NCBI RefSeq assembly: GCF_001194135.2
Contig: NC_069001.1
Location: 10,459,420-10,506,400, forward strand
Length of the DNA: 46,981 nucleotides
Direction of reading: 5' to 3'
Source: Octopus bimaculoides
Taxonomy: Eukaryota
Shown here: piece by piece, positions 1-11,500 of the stretch
Layout of the letters: every line of letters starts with the position of its first letter
Position numbering within the stretch: position 1 is the stretch's first letter
Program-made: the position numbers and the translations under genes
The notes under the pieces: generated by a model
Databases searched by the model: none
What the model was told of the DNA's origin: nothing
Seen by the model: only the letters and a program-made list of their open reading frames with translations

Positions 1-104
1 TATATATATATATATATATTCGTAGTAACAAAACACACACACAACAGATAAAGGAAATCTGTTCCAAGCGAAAGATATCGGCCAGATTCGTTGCATTTTT
101 ATCT

Positions 105-345
105 GTTGTCGTAGTTGTTGTTGTTTTTGTTGTTCATGTTCTTATGGTTACTGTTTTTGCAGCAACATTTCGGCGTTTATTCTTGTTTTTTCTCCGTTAT
201 ACTTTGTTTACGATCATTATTACCACCATCACCATTGTGATCATCATCATCATCATCATCATCCTCATTACTTTTATTATCATTATTATTATTATTTTTA
301 TCGTTGTTTTTGTTATTGTTGTTGTTTTTTTTTGTTTTTTGTATT
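105..345. repeat. Mixed trinucleotide microsatellite (GTT/ATC/ATT)
   Basis: Visible (gtt)n, (atc)n and (att)n runs; explains ORFs 144-413 and 197-388. Confidence 0.9.
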
Positions 346-839
346 TTATTTTATTTTTTTTCAATGAAGTAAAAGTGAATTTTATCAAACCTATATTATA
401 TTTCAGATATTGAATCCTGGTATTGCTATTTACTTTGTCATCCGTGCCGCCGCCGCAGTCGCCGCCGCCGACACCTCAGCTGCCACAGCCGCCACCTCTT
501 CCACCGGCAACGTTAAAGAATTCAGTTTATAACGAAACGACAAGAGAGGAACAGCTAGAGGAGAAAGAGAGTGCAAGTAGGAGGAGAACAGAAGACCGAG
601 AAAGATGAAGAGGAATAGGAGTAGGAGAAGGGGAGAAGGAGGACAAAAGAGCCATTATCGTTTACAGGAAACTGAGAATTTCTTTCTTCTCTTTTTGTTT
701 GTTATATTTTTGCTTTTATTCTAAACAGGAAAAAAATCAACAATGATAATAAAACTGGTTTAATAAAATATTACATTGGTGAGAAGAGAAATTAATAAAC
801 ATGTTGTGATATTAACATTACTTTGAAGAGAGCCATATG

Positions 840-1358
840 AGGAAGCCCGTCTCTAAGCAGAATCGAGCCAGCAACTAGAAATAACAGCTAAATGTTCCTT
901 ACTGGACAATGCCACGTCAATGGGATTATCGTGGCTGATGCGCCTTCGATTATAGATCTGGTTAATTATGATGCTCTCGTGCGAAAAAGCAAAGACAAGA
1001 CAGCAAGCACGCCTATAATCGGTCATTGTATCTTCTAGAAATAACAGCCAAATTTCCCCTTAAGTCACATCCAATTGCCTTTAAATAAATATAGATACAT
1101 TGGAACAATGTACACTTATAAGGAAGCCCGTCTCTGAGCAGAATCAAGCTAGCTACTAGAGATAGCAGCTCAAAGTTTCTTACAGGACAATGCCGCGTCA
1201 CTGGGATTATCGTGGCTGATGTGTCTTCGACTATTGATCTGGTTAACCAAGATGATCTGGGAGAAAAATCAAAGACGTGACATCAAGCAAGCCTATATTC
1301 CATCGCTGTACATTCAAGAAACAGCAGCCAAATTCCTCTCAAATCATACTCTAAATAA
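840..1358. repeat. Diverged tandem duplication, period about 281 bp
   Basis: aggaagcccgtctct..gcagaatc..ggacaatgcc.cgtca.tgggattatcgtggctgatg..cttcga.ta..gatctggttaa starts at 840 and again at 1121. Homology runs to about 1090 and 1358. Confidence 0.9.
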
Positions 1359-1436
1359 AGAACAGTCATACTAGATAATACGGTTGGAGGCAAAGTGAAA
1401 AAGAAGATCGTTATAGACAGAACTCCTTCGATAATT

Positions 1437-1786
1437 GGAGCTGGCATGGCTGCGTTGATAAGAAGCATGTTTCCCAACAATATGATATTCCTACGAGCTG
1501 ACCAAAGCTTTGAAGACGGAAACTGAAAGAAACCAGTCGTGTACATATATAAGCCTACAAGTGAGCGTGTGTGTTTGTGGGTGCGTGCGTGCGCACTTGG
1601 TTTTGTCTCTCTCTGTCCTGTATTACCGATTGACAACAGGTGTTGAATTATTTACGCCCCTGTAACTTAGTGATTCAGCATAAGATTATCGATATAGTAT
1701 GAATGGGAGATTAGATTTCTTCTACTAAAACCTTGAAAGCGGTGCCCCAGCTTAGCCGCAGTCCAATGACTGAAATAAGTAAAGGA
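1437..1786 (+). mobile_element. Decayed family-3 SINE (tRNA head, internal microsatellite, 3' module)
   Basis: Head gctggcatggctgcgttgataagaagc; gaccaaagc..gacggaaactgaaagaaaccagtcgt; (TG) tract; 3' module ..cccctgtaacttag..gcggtgccccagc..gccgcagtccaatgactgaaataagtaaa. Matches the copy at 36143. Confidence 0.7.
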
Positions 1787-1863
1787 TCAGAGATTATAAG
1801 TTAGCTTGACCTGGTTAACTGATCACCATTAACAGTTTTTCATCAACAATAAGAGTCAACTAA

Positions 1864-2062
1864 TCTTTTCTACTCTAGGTACAAGGCCCGAAATTTTGGG
1901 GAGTGGGCCAGTCGATTAGATCGACCCCAGTACGCAACTGGTACTTAATTTATCCACCCTAAAAGAATGAAAGGCAAAGTCGACTTCGGCGGAATTTGAA
2001 CTCAGAACCTAAAGACAGACGAATTACCGCTAAGTATTTCGTCCCTGCATGCTAACGTTTCT
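1864..2062 (-). mobile_element. Family-1A tRNA-derived SINE, head replaced by a 1B junction
   Basis: Reverse complement of agaaacgttagc..ttctgagttcaaattccgccgaagtcgactttgcctttcattc..aagtaccagttgcgtactggggtcgatctaatcgactgg..cgggccttgtacctagagtagaaaaga; homologous to many copies in the window. Confidence 0.9.
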
Positions 2063-2290
2063 TATTTCTTTACTGCCGACAAGGGGCTACAGACAGAGGG
2101 GATAAACAAGGACAGACAAAAGCATTAAGTCGATTATATCGACCCCAGTGCGTAACTGGTACTTATTTAATTGACCCCGAAAGGATGAAAGGCAAAGTCG
2201 ACCTCGGCGGAATTTGAACTCAGAACCTGAAGACAGACGAAATACCGCTAAGCATTTCGCCCGACGTGCTAACATTTCTGCCAGGTCGCC
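2063..2290 (-). mobile_element. Family-1B tRNA-derived SINE, full length
   Basis: Same head and body as 1A (ggcgacctggcagaaatgttagc..., B-box-like gagttcaaattcc) but a different tail ending ...tagccccttgtcggcagtaaagaaata. Confidence 0.9.
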
Positions 2291-2328
2291 GCCTTATAAC
2301 AGTCCATTATTACGAGACCCCTTTTTAA

Positions 2329-2507
2329 GGCGATTAGCTGCCAGAATCGTTTGCAGGCCGGATAAAATGCTTAGCGGCATTTCGTCCGTCTTCATGTTCT
2401 GAGTTCAAATTCTGCCGAGGTCGACTTTGCCTTTCATCCTTTCGGGGTCGATAAAATAATTACCAGTTGAGTAATGCGGTCGATGTAATCGACTTACAAC
2501 CCTCCCG
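2329..2507 (+). mobile_element. Family-1 SINE (1A-like tail, 3' truncated)
   Basis: ggcgattagctgccagaatcg..ttctgagttcaaattctgccgaggtcgactttgcctttcatcctttcggggtcgataaa..atcgactt. Confidence 0.88.
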
Positions 2508-2544
2508 CGTCTTATTGTTAGTTATTATTACATCAAGCTTAGGT

Positions 2545-2748
2545 GGGGAGCTGGCAGAATATTTGTCCCCTCTATGTTTAGCCCCTTGTGGGCAATAAAG
2601 AAATACGAATCGTTAGCACGCCGGACGAAATGTTTATCGGCATTTGGTCTGCCGTTACGTTCTGAGTCGACCTCGGCCAAAGTTGACCTCAGCAGAATTC
2701 AAAGTCTGCTAAGGACGACTTTGGCTTTCATCCTTTCGGTGGAGTTGA
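2545..2748 (+). mobile_element. Family-1 SINE with a 45-bp 1B tail inside its head and an internal inverted duplication
   Basis: ggggagctggcagaat [atttgtcccc..aagaaata] cgaatcgttagcacgccgg.. then an inverted segment at 2666-2697. Confidence 0.85.
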
Positions 2749-2769
2749 TTGTGTATCTGAGATGTATTA

Positions 2770-2853
2770 GTAGTGGTAGTTATGACGATGATGATGATGA
2801 GGTGGAAGCAGAGGAGCAGGAGGGGGATGATGTTCATGATGTGACGGTAATTG

Positions 2854-2884
<31 letters not shown>

Positions 2885-3485
2885 GGTTGAGCGGACGGTG
2901 TATCGGAGACGGTGGTGGTTGTACAGACGGTTATGTTGATGATTTAGATGATTCAGCTGTGACGATGATGAGGAGGAGAAGGAGGATGTGGGGAAGGAGA
3001 GAAAGAGAATGATTATGATGCTTCTGATGATGATGATGATGATGATGGGGAGGAGGAGAGGTTGCGAATTACTATGATGAAAATNNNNNNNNNNNNNNNN
3101 NNNNNNNNNNNNNNNNNNNNNNNNNNNNNNNNNNNNNNNNNNNNNNNNNNNNNNNNNNNNNNNNNNNNNNNNNNNNNNNNNNNNNNNNNNNNNNNNNNNN
3201 NNNNNNNNNNNNNNNNNNNNNNNNNNNNNNNNNNNNNNNNNNNNNNNNNNNNNNNNNNNNNNNNNNNNNNNNNNNNNNNNNNNNNNNNNNNNNNNNNNNN
3301 NNNNNNNNNNNNNNNNNNNNNNNNNNNNNNNNNNNNNNNNNNNNNNNNNNNNNNNNNNNNNNNNNNNNNNNNNNNNNNNNNNNNNNNNNNNNNNNNNNNN
3401 NNNNNNNNNNNNNNNNNNNGAGGAGGAGGAGGAGGAGGAGGAGGAGGAGGTGGGGAATGACTATCACACTGCTGCTTCTGAAGAC

Positions 3486-3518
<33 letters not shown>

Positions 3519-3520
3519 AC
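2770..3520. repeat. (GAT)n/(GTT)n/(GAG)n microsatellite field spanning a gap
   Basis: Direct reading; N-gap at 3085-3419. Confidence 0.9.
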
Positions 3521-4194
3521 TGACGGCACCTTAGTTATGTGATGGTGACGATGGTAGAGTAGTGAAGTAGTGAATAAGATACAGCAAGAGACAGAAACAG
3601 AAAGAGAGGGGAAGGACAGAAAAAAGAAAAAAGAAAGAAAGAAAGACAGAGAAAAGAAAGAAAGAAAGAGAGAAAGAGTGACGGTGTCAGCTTCAATAAT
3701 TGTTTAGTTACAGATTACGTAATAAAATCTCTCCTCCCTGGCAACTCGAAAGTAACAAGAATATGTCTTCTGTTCAGGCGATTAAATCCCATATATACGA
3801 TATATATACATACATATTTTAATGGATAGGATTTAATGGATGTATTTGTGCTGTTCTCGTGCGCTATACGATATCAAAGATAAAACATTTTGTATAATAT
3901 AAACATATATATATGCAGATACATGGATGTATACATACACTCACTCCCTTACTTACTCACACCAACGTACACACACGTGCATATTTAGTTCCTTTTTTCT
4001 CTTTTCTCATAGCTCCCTTTCATATTAACATTACAAATTTTAATGTGTATTGTATATATACACTCAGAAAAAGGAGATAGAGAGAGGGAGAGAGAGAGAG
4101 AGATAGAGAGAGAGAAAGAGAGGGATGGATGGATTGATGGACGAATATGTACATGTATATGCGCATATAAATATATAATACATATATATACATA

Positions 4195-4295
4195 CAGGAG
4201 TTGTTGTGTGGTAAGTAGCTTGGTAACAAACCACATAGTTCCTGGTTCAGTCCCACGGCGTGGCATCTTAGGCAGGTGTCTTATACTATAGCCTC
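4195..4295 (+). mobile_element. Family-3 SINE 5' fragment (tRNA head plus CORE-like start)
   Basis: caggagttgttgtgtggtaagtagcttgg..accacatagttcctggttcagtcccacggcgtggcatcttaggcaggtgtctt matches 36143-36245. Confidence 0.85.
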
Positions 4296-5407
4296 AATAC
4301 CTCAACGATTTGTTAAAAAAAGAAAAACTGTTTATCATTGCTTTACTTAAATATATCAGAATCTAAATCGTAATATGTGTCATGTTATTTCTTACAATAT
4401 ACAACTTTCCGTTGTCTAACTTCATGTATATATACCTATGTATATGTTTTCCTCTGTGTGTGTGTGTATGTCGTCATGTATAAGTATGAATGTATGTATG
4501 TATGACTCTTCTATTTTTAAAAAAATTATTATGAATATTCTACAAACACACACATACGTACACACAGGCTCTCACACAAACACACACAGTTTATTTTGAG
4601 CATTATCTAACTGTAATGAATCATGATCCTGATTTATATTCTAAAGTCTAATGACAATAACAAAGTTTGTCTGATTTGCAGTTACCTGTCGTATATTTGC
4701 AAGTTGCCTGTCTCCTTTTCTACTCTTAAGATTTCGCACCGTTAGTTTTATTCAAACCTCCCAATCTTTCACTCACGTATACCATAATTTATTCTCTCGC
4801 TCACGGCTAATATATTGTTCAATCTTTTTCTTCTCTCATGCAAAATCTTCCTGCATTTCTAAGCTTCCATTCCTAACTTCTCCATCACACACTTCGACGT
4901 CATGTCCAAGTCTTGTTCTCCGTTCAAGCCTGCTATGCCTCCAATATTTTATCACGCTACCTCTCTAATTTACATACAATATCGTAGAGGTCTATCAATT
5001 TCCAATTTACCGCTATCCTCCTACTCAACGTATTGATACCTCTCTCGCCCTGTTTTTTTTTTCAATCCATGTATTTCATTGTCCACTCACTGGTTGCTTT
5101 TCTACCTAGTTGACTGCAGTCTGTTTCCTTACAGTTTTTGCCTTCCTTTCTCAGTCCTCCACAAATCTACTCCGGCAATCACCATTATACACACACACAC
5201 ACACACATATGTATTACATTGTTTCATCTTATTCCAGCAAACTTATCAGAATTACCTCATCCCATTTCCACAATCCTATAAAGTAATAGGAGGAAAACCA
5301 GCAGTGAAAAAAAAACCGACACGCGAGTCTCTTTTATAATATTGCTTCATAAATATCACTCTAACCTACACACACACATACATACACATGCATGTGATAA
5401 TATATAG

Positions 5408-5453
<46 letters not shown>

Positions 5454-5793
5454 NNNNNNNNNNNNNNNNNNNNNNNNNNNNNNNNNNNNNNNNNNNNNNN
5501 NNNNNNNNNNNNNNNNNNNNNNNNNNNNNNNNNNNNNNNNNNNNNNNNNNNNNNNNNNNNNNNNNNNNNNNNNNNNNNNNNNNNNNNNNNNNNNNNNNNN
5601 NNNNNNNNNNNNNNNNNNNNNNNNNNNNNNNNNNNNNNNNNNNNNNNNNNNNNNNNNNNNNNNNNNNNNNNNNNNNNNNNNNNNNNNNNNNNNNNNNNNN
5701 NNNNNNNNNNNNNNNNNNNNNNNNNNNNNNNNNNNNNNNNNNNNNNNNNNNNNNNNNNNNNNNNNNNNNNNNNNNNNNNNNNNNNNNNNNNNN

Positions 5794-5844
<51 letters not shown>

Positions 5845-5996
5845 CAGATACGTATGTGTGTGTGTGTGCGCGCACGCGAAAGAACCTGTCAATCTATGAT
5901 TCTTGAATTTCTCGTCTTTTATATTTGTATCTAATTATTATGGCTCCCTATTTATATTCTTCTCTCCAACTCTCTCACCTCTTTGCATACATCAAT

Positions 5997-6033
<37 letters not shown>

Positions 6034-6359
6034 ATTTATCTGTCACTTCTCTCGCGTTCATTTCCCATATCTATCCCTCTCTCCCCATTTCTATCTCGCT
6101 CCCTCTCTCACTACCTCTCTCCATATATACATATATATATATATACATATATAAACATATGTATATCCTCTCTTCTCAACGAAATTGCATCCCACACACC
6201 TCTTCAATGGTGTAACGACACACAAAATCCGCCAAGATTCACATCGACACACACAGTTGCACACCACCAGACACATACAAATATATTTACTTACAGGTAT
6301 GTGAACACTTAGAATTTTCATACTTCCACATATACAAACATCATAACCATAACACAAAT

Positions 6360-6528
6360 ATGTGTGTGTGTGTGTGTGTGTTTGCATATATGTGTGTATA
6401 ATACTTAAGTATAAAACGATACATGATACGTAAACAGATAAACATAAATTTTATATATATAAATATATATGTATATGAATATATATATGCATTTATATAT
6501 AGGTATATACATATATGCATATGTCTGT

Positions 6529-6562
<34 letters not shown>

Positions 6563-6580
6563 ATATGTATGTATATATAC

Positions 6581-6638
<58 letters not shown>

Positions 6639-6661
6639 NNNNNNNNNNNNNNNNNNNNNNN

Positions 6662-6735
<74 letters not shown>

Positions 6736-6860
6736 TTATATATGCGTGTGTCTGCGGATATGTATATGTAAAACTGGCATTTATGTATTTTCTAAATATG
6801 CGCATATATATGCACGTATCTGTATATATCTATATATGTGTGTATGTATGCATGTATATG
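6360..6860. repeat. (TG)/(TA)/(CA) compound microsatellite
   Basis: Direct reading. Confidence 0.9.
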
Positions 6861-7139
6861 CTTAAACACGTTACGAGATTATAGTTGGTTTGCATGAAGG
6901 AAATGCTATATTTTCTTAGAGCTTGTAACAACTAGCAGAATGAAGGAGTTCAACCACTTAGCTTAAAAGCTTTCGATATTTTCGCGAGGTACGCCAAAAA
7001 CCCCATGATATTTCCGTAAAAATTTCAACTTAGATTGCATAAAACGAATCAAATGCTGCTGTGTAAATGTAGTCTACAAAACGTTTATGGAATTTTCATT
7101 ACACCTGAACAAAGCTATAAATGTATAACCTATTTATTC

Positions 7140-7479
7140 ACACACACCCACACAGACACATACATACAACATATATATATATATATATATATACAACTTA
7201 TATATATATACACGAACACACATATATATATATATACATACATACATATATATATATAGATAGATACATATATATATACACACATACAGAAACACATACG
7301 CATGCGTATATGCGAACACTCAGAGACAAAAAAGACGCACATACACAGAGCTGTACGGATACACCAAAATGTCGGTATGCATACGCATGCAGATAAATGG
7401 AGGTGCAAGTGCGTGCGTGTGATTATCTTTCAATGATAGTGTGCGTATGAGTGTGTGTGTGTGAGAGAGAGAGAGAGAT

Positions 7480-7510
<31 letters not shown>

Positions 7511-8185
7511 AAGCGTGTATGTGTGTGTCGTCGAATATGCTTTTTGCATCTACTGCACGAAATTATGTTGAGAAAATGGAATATATATGTGTGCTTTTGT
7601 GTGTGTGTGCGCGCGCGTGTATGTGTGTATGTATATGTGTATATATGCGGTTATATATATAGATATATATATACATATATATACACACATATACGCATAT
7701 ATTTGTCTGTATATATATATATATATATGCAAGCATATATATATATATATACACACACACATATACATACATATATATATGTACAAATATACATATCAGC
7801 GTGTATATGTGTGTGCTTATGTGTTTCTTTGTGTTTGTGTATGTGAGTATGCGTGTGTGTGCGCGNNNNNNNNNNNNNNNNNNNNNNNNNNNNNNNNNNN
7901 NNNNNNNNNNNNNNNNNNNNNNNNNNNNNNNNNNNNNNNNNNNNNNNNNNNNNNNNNNNNNNNNNNNNNNNNNNNNNNNNNNNNNNNNNNNNNNNNNNNN
8001 NNNNNNNNNNACGCATATATTTGTCTGTATATATATATATATATATGCAAGCATATATATATATATATACACACACACATATACATACATATATATATGT
8101 ACAAATATACATATCAGCGTGTATATGTGTGTGCTTATGTGTTTCTTTGTGTTTGTGTATGTGAGTATGCGTGTGTGTGCGCGTG
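7140..8185. repeat. (TA)/(CA)/(GA)/(TG) microsatellite field
   Basis: Direct reading; includes an exact 173-bp duplicate across the gap at 7866-8010. Confidence 0.85.
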
Positions 8186-9377
8186 CGTGTTCGCAGGTGT
8201 TGTTGAACATCTTAGAGGTTCAATTCATGATTCTGAAGCCCAATATTCGATCCACTATCGCTACATTGCCACTTCGGCCAGAGCCGTTCACCAGAACCCC
8301 GGGATCGTTCATTACTTACGAACAGAAACGAAATAGAAAAAAAAAATCAATTGTAAACACTTCACATATGTTTTTATCAGTACTTTAGTGATGTAGCCAG
8401 GTTTTCGTATCGCGTGACGTTAGCTTCTTCTTGAAAATTACCTGATGGATATACCTTGACTGTTTGACCGTCAGCCATTTTATATATTAATTCAAGCAGT
8501 TCACTTAATCAAATACTTGAACGATCATCGTCGATACTGACGGATGATTCATAGATCTTCATCATGTATATCAACATATGACGATCAGATAATAGCCATG
8601 CAACTTTCTGCTTTCAAAGAAATACCAGATGGCTGTATTGTTTAACACCGAAAAAAGAAATTGGGCAATATAAGTTGCTACAAAGAGCTTGCACGCGTGT
8701 GTACATGCACTAACGTACATGTATGTAGATATTAAAATGGGGGTTCCATATGCATATGTATCGCTGGATATTATATTATACATTTATATATCATCGTTGT
8801 AATGCTGTAAAATATCTTCTGTAGATTTAATCAAGGCATCCATCTAGCCACTTAACTTTCAGCCTATCTAGCTATTACACTGAAAGAATATTTGGTAAAG
8901 CAATGAAAATTTGTGTTATAGCGAAGCATTGTTAGGCAAAAATTATTGCTTATCTCTTAGATCAAAGATTGTCTGCTGGGAATAGTTTTCAGCTCAGCGG
9001 TTGTTTTATCAAAGGCTGCACCAAAAGCTTGGATTTTCTATAGTGATCTTGTATTCGTTGATCATTATTACTAAATTATGTCGAGTGATGCACCTATGTT
9101 TTTCTTTGTATATATATATTCATTTATTTATGCTCTTAAGGCTATATTGTACGAGTCTATGGCACCTTCCGTGCTTGGAGTTTTATATCTGTTGTTGTTC
9201 TGCCCCAGCTTAACCTTAATTCAACAAACCTTTGATCAAAATCATTCCACCCATGCCCATTCCGATGCAGAACTACACATCCAATGTCTCTGTTTTTCTT
9301 TTAAGGGCATGTGATCAAAATTGAGATGGCAAATTGCTATTGGTTGCTATTCAGTCGAACAGCTACTTACTTCTCAT

Positions 9378-9554
9378 ATTCTTTTCTACTCAAGGCACAA
9401 GGCCCGAAATTTTTGGTGAGGATCCCAGTCGATTAGATCGACGCCAGTATGCAACTGGTACTTAATTTATCGACCCCGAAAGGAAGAAAGGCAAAGTTGA
9501 TCTCGGTGGAATTTGTACTCAGAACATAAAGACAGACGAAATAACGCTAAGCAT
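9378..9554 (-). mobile_element. Family-1A SINE, 5' end lost at the adjacent microsatellite
   Basis: cttttctactcaaggcacaaggcccgaaat..gtcgattagatcgac..ggtacttaatttatcgaccccgaaagg..ggcaaagttgatctcgg..cgctaagcat. Confidence 0.88.
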
Positions 9555-9958
9555 GTGTATGTGTGTGCACGTTTGCGTGTGCATATGTGTGTATGTATGT
9601 GTTTGTGTGTGTCTGTATTTAAGCGCATGTATATATGTGTTTATGTGCGTGTATCTGTGTGTGTATGTGCGTATTTGTGTTTAAATGTGTTTGTGTTTGT
9701 GCGTGTATGTGTGTATGAGTGTATGTGTTCGTATTTGTGTGTATGTGTGTATGCGTATGCATATGTGTGTATGTATATGTATGTGTGTATGTGTGTGCAT
9801 GTGTATGTGTATGTATGCGTGCATGTGTATGTGTGTGTATATATGTGTGCGTGTGTGTGTATATGTGTGTGTATATGTGTGTATATGTGCGTGTGTATGT
9901 GTGTATATGTGTGTGTATGCGTGCGTGCATGTGTGTGTGTGTATATGTGTGTGTGTGT
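9555..9958. repeat. (TG)/(TATG)/(TGCG) compound microsatellite
   Basis: Direct reading. Confidence 0.92.
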
Positions 9959-10175
9959 AGTAGGTCGCTTGGAAGAAAGCTCGTGTCTCTCTTCAATGTA
10001 ACAAACTGAGACAGATGCGCCATTTTCTTTGCAGACGAAGCATTTTAGAAGCCAACAAGATGAATGCGTCTGGAGGAAATTTATTGTTGTTTGTTATTTT
10101 GCTGTCGCTGTTGTTGCTGTTACTAAACTTGTATTGTCGTGAATTTTGTATCCGTTGTTGTTATTATTGTAATAT

Positions 10176-10208
<33 letters not shown>

Positions 10209-11183
10209 CAGCAGCAGTTGCTGTTATTGTTGTTTTCGTTGTAGATGCTAATGCCGATAGAATTGTTGCTGCTGTTATTATTATTGTAGTAGTAGTAGTA
10301 GTAGTAGTTGTTCTTGATGCTGTTGTTCAATTTGAATTCAACCCTGATCGAGCTCAGTTTATAATCAGACACTTTCTCGCCTGTAAGCCTTCCCTATTTT
10401 TGTATATTACGAACAGGTACATGTCGCTCTTTGTTTTATGACAGTAATCTTTTACGTGAGTTAGATGCGGCTGCTATTTCTCATAAGTCAAATTGACCGC
10501 GTAGCTCTGACGTTCGATAGCTCGTGACATCTCATTATGGATCTGGGCATAGATGGTGTCTTCATACTGAATTTTAAAATTTCCCAAGACCGCATCTGTG
10601 CAGTTGTTCAGCAAGCTAGAAAGAATAGCCAAAACATCTTCAGATAGTTATATATCGTGTTAAGACTAGAAATGAAGTAGGTAATGCAACTAGATAATAT
10701 CCCCAGAAAACTTATTGGGATGGTCACAACTGGGATATATTTGATGATAGATTTACGTGATCTCGGTTGGCCTGATGCAGAAAAGAATAGCTACAGCCTA
10801 AGTATCTATTTCACGGCCCTTTTGTGTAATTGGGATTATCATAAATTCTGGAAGCATCTTGTGACGGCACTAACAACTTCCTTTAATGTATCTGAAGTTG
10901 GCTAATGAGTTTCACCGAGAAACACTTGTCTTCATGTTTGTTATATCGACAGAAAAATAACACAGCAAGGTTAGTTTCTGTTGCCTCTGTTGCTGGTGGA
11001 ATTAGCAGCGAAGTTTATCTCGAATCGTACACGAGAATTTTAATGAAAGGAAAAGAAACCACATTGGTTATTGTGGTCTTCATAATTGTGTGTGTTTGGT
11101 GGATCAGATATGAAAATACCTTTGAAAATCGATTTACACGACAGAAGCTGTCCCGTAATTAAACACAGTGGTAGCACTGTGTA

Positions 11184-11224
<41 letters not shown>

Positions 11225-11311
11225 GGGGGGGGGAACCAAAGGCGGTTCCTATTTTGTAATACTTACAGAAAGAGAGTTTGACTGGATTATTTACTTTTGT
11301 AATACATATTA

Positions 11312-11500
11312 GTTCGTCCATCGACGATGACCAGGACTTCACATGGGAGAAGAAGTTAGGTCATGACGTGCCTGGCTGTGGTCGATCAGTCCGACGCGTG
11401 TTCGAAAGGTTCTGCTGTAGGTTGGGCCCTTGGTGGTCTGCTGAGACTGAAAGTGCCTCGGTAAAAGATATAACGCACAGCTTTGGATGAGCTAGAAACC
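11312..11500 (-). mobile_element. 3' end of a decayed RTE-clade (BovB-like) LINE
   Basis: The minus strand 11428-11339 reads GPTYSRTFRTRVGLIDHSQARHDLTSSPM*, resembling the RTE C-terminal CPxCxRxFxxRIGLxSH motif with both Cys mutated. It is followed by a short 3' UTR ..ggtcatcgtcgatggacgaac, typical of RTE ends (recalled, not searched). Confidence 0.6.

Noticed and set aside
423-608. Proline/glutamate-rich ORF
   Set aside because: Derived from (CCG) and purine-rich low-complexity tracts, starts at TTG, and has no recognisable domain.
1864-2748. CRISPR-like or array-like repeated motifs in the SINE clusters
   Set aside because: The repeats are dispersed ~200-bp retroposon copies in both orientations without regular unique spacers, there are no cas-like ORFs, and the context is eukaryotic.
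4680-5050. Possible ancient RTE C-terminal remnant on the minus strand (IAGL..EKLGME..ERRKRL)
   Set aside because: The similarity is too weak and broken to support without a profile search.
10547-10600. Imperfect hairpin gcatagatggtgtctt...aagaccgcatctgtgc
   Set aside because: About 13/16 pairing with a long loop; it is probably part of an unclassified repeat and not distinguishable from chance.
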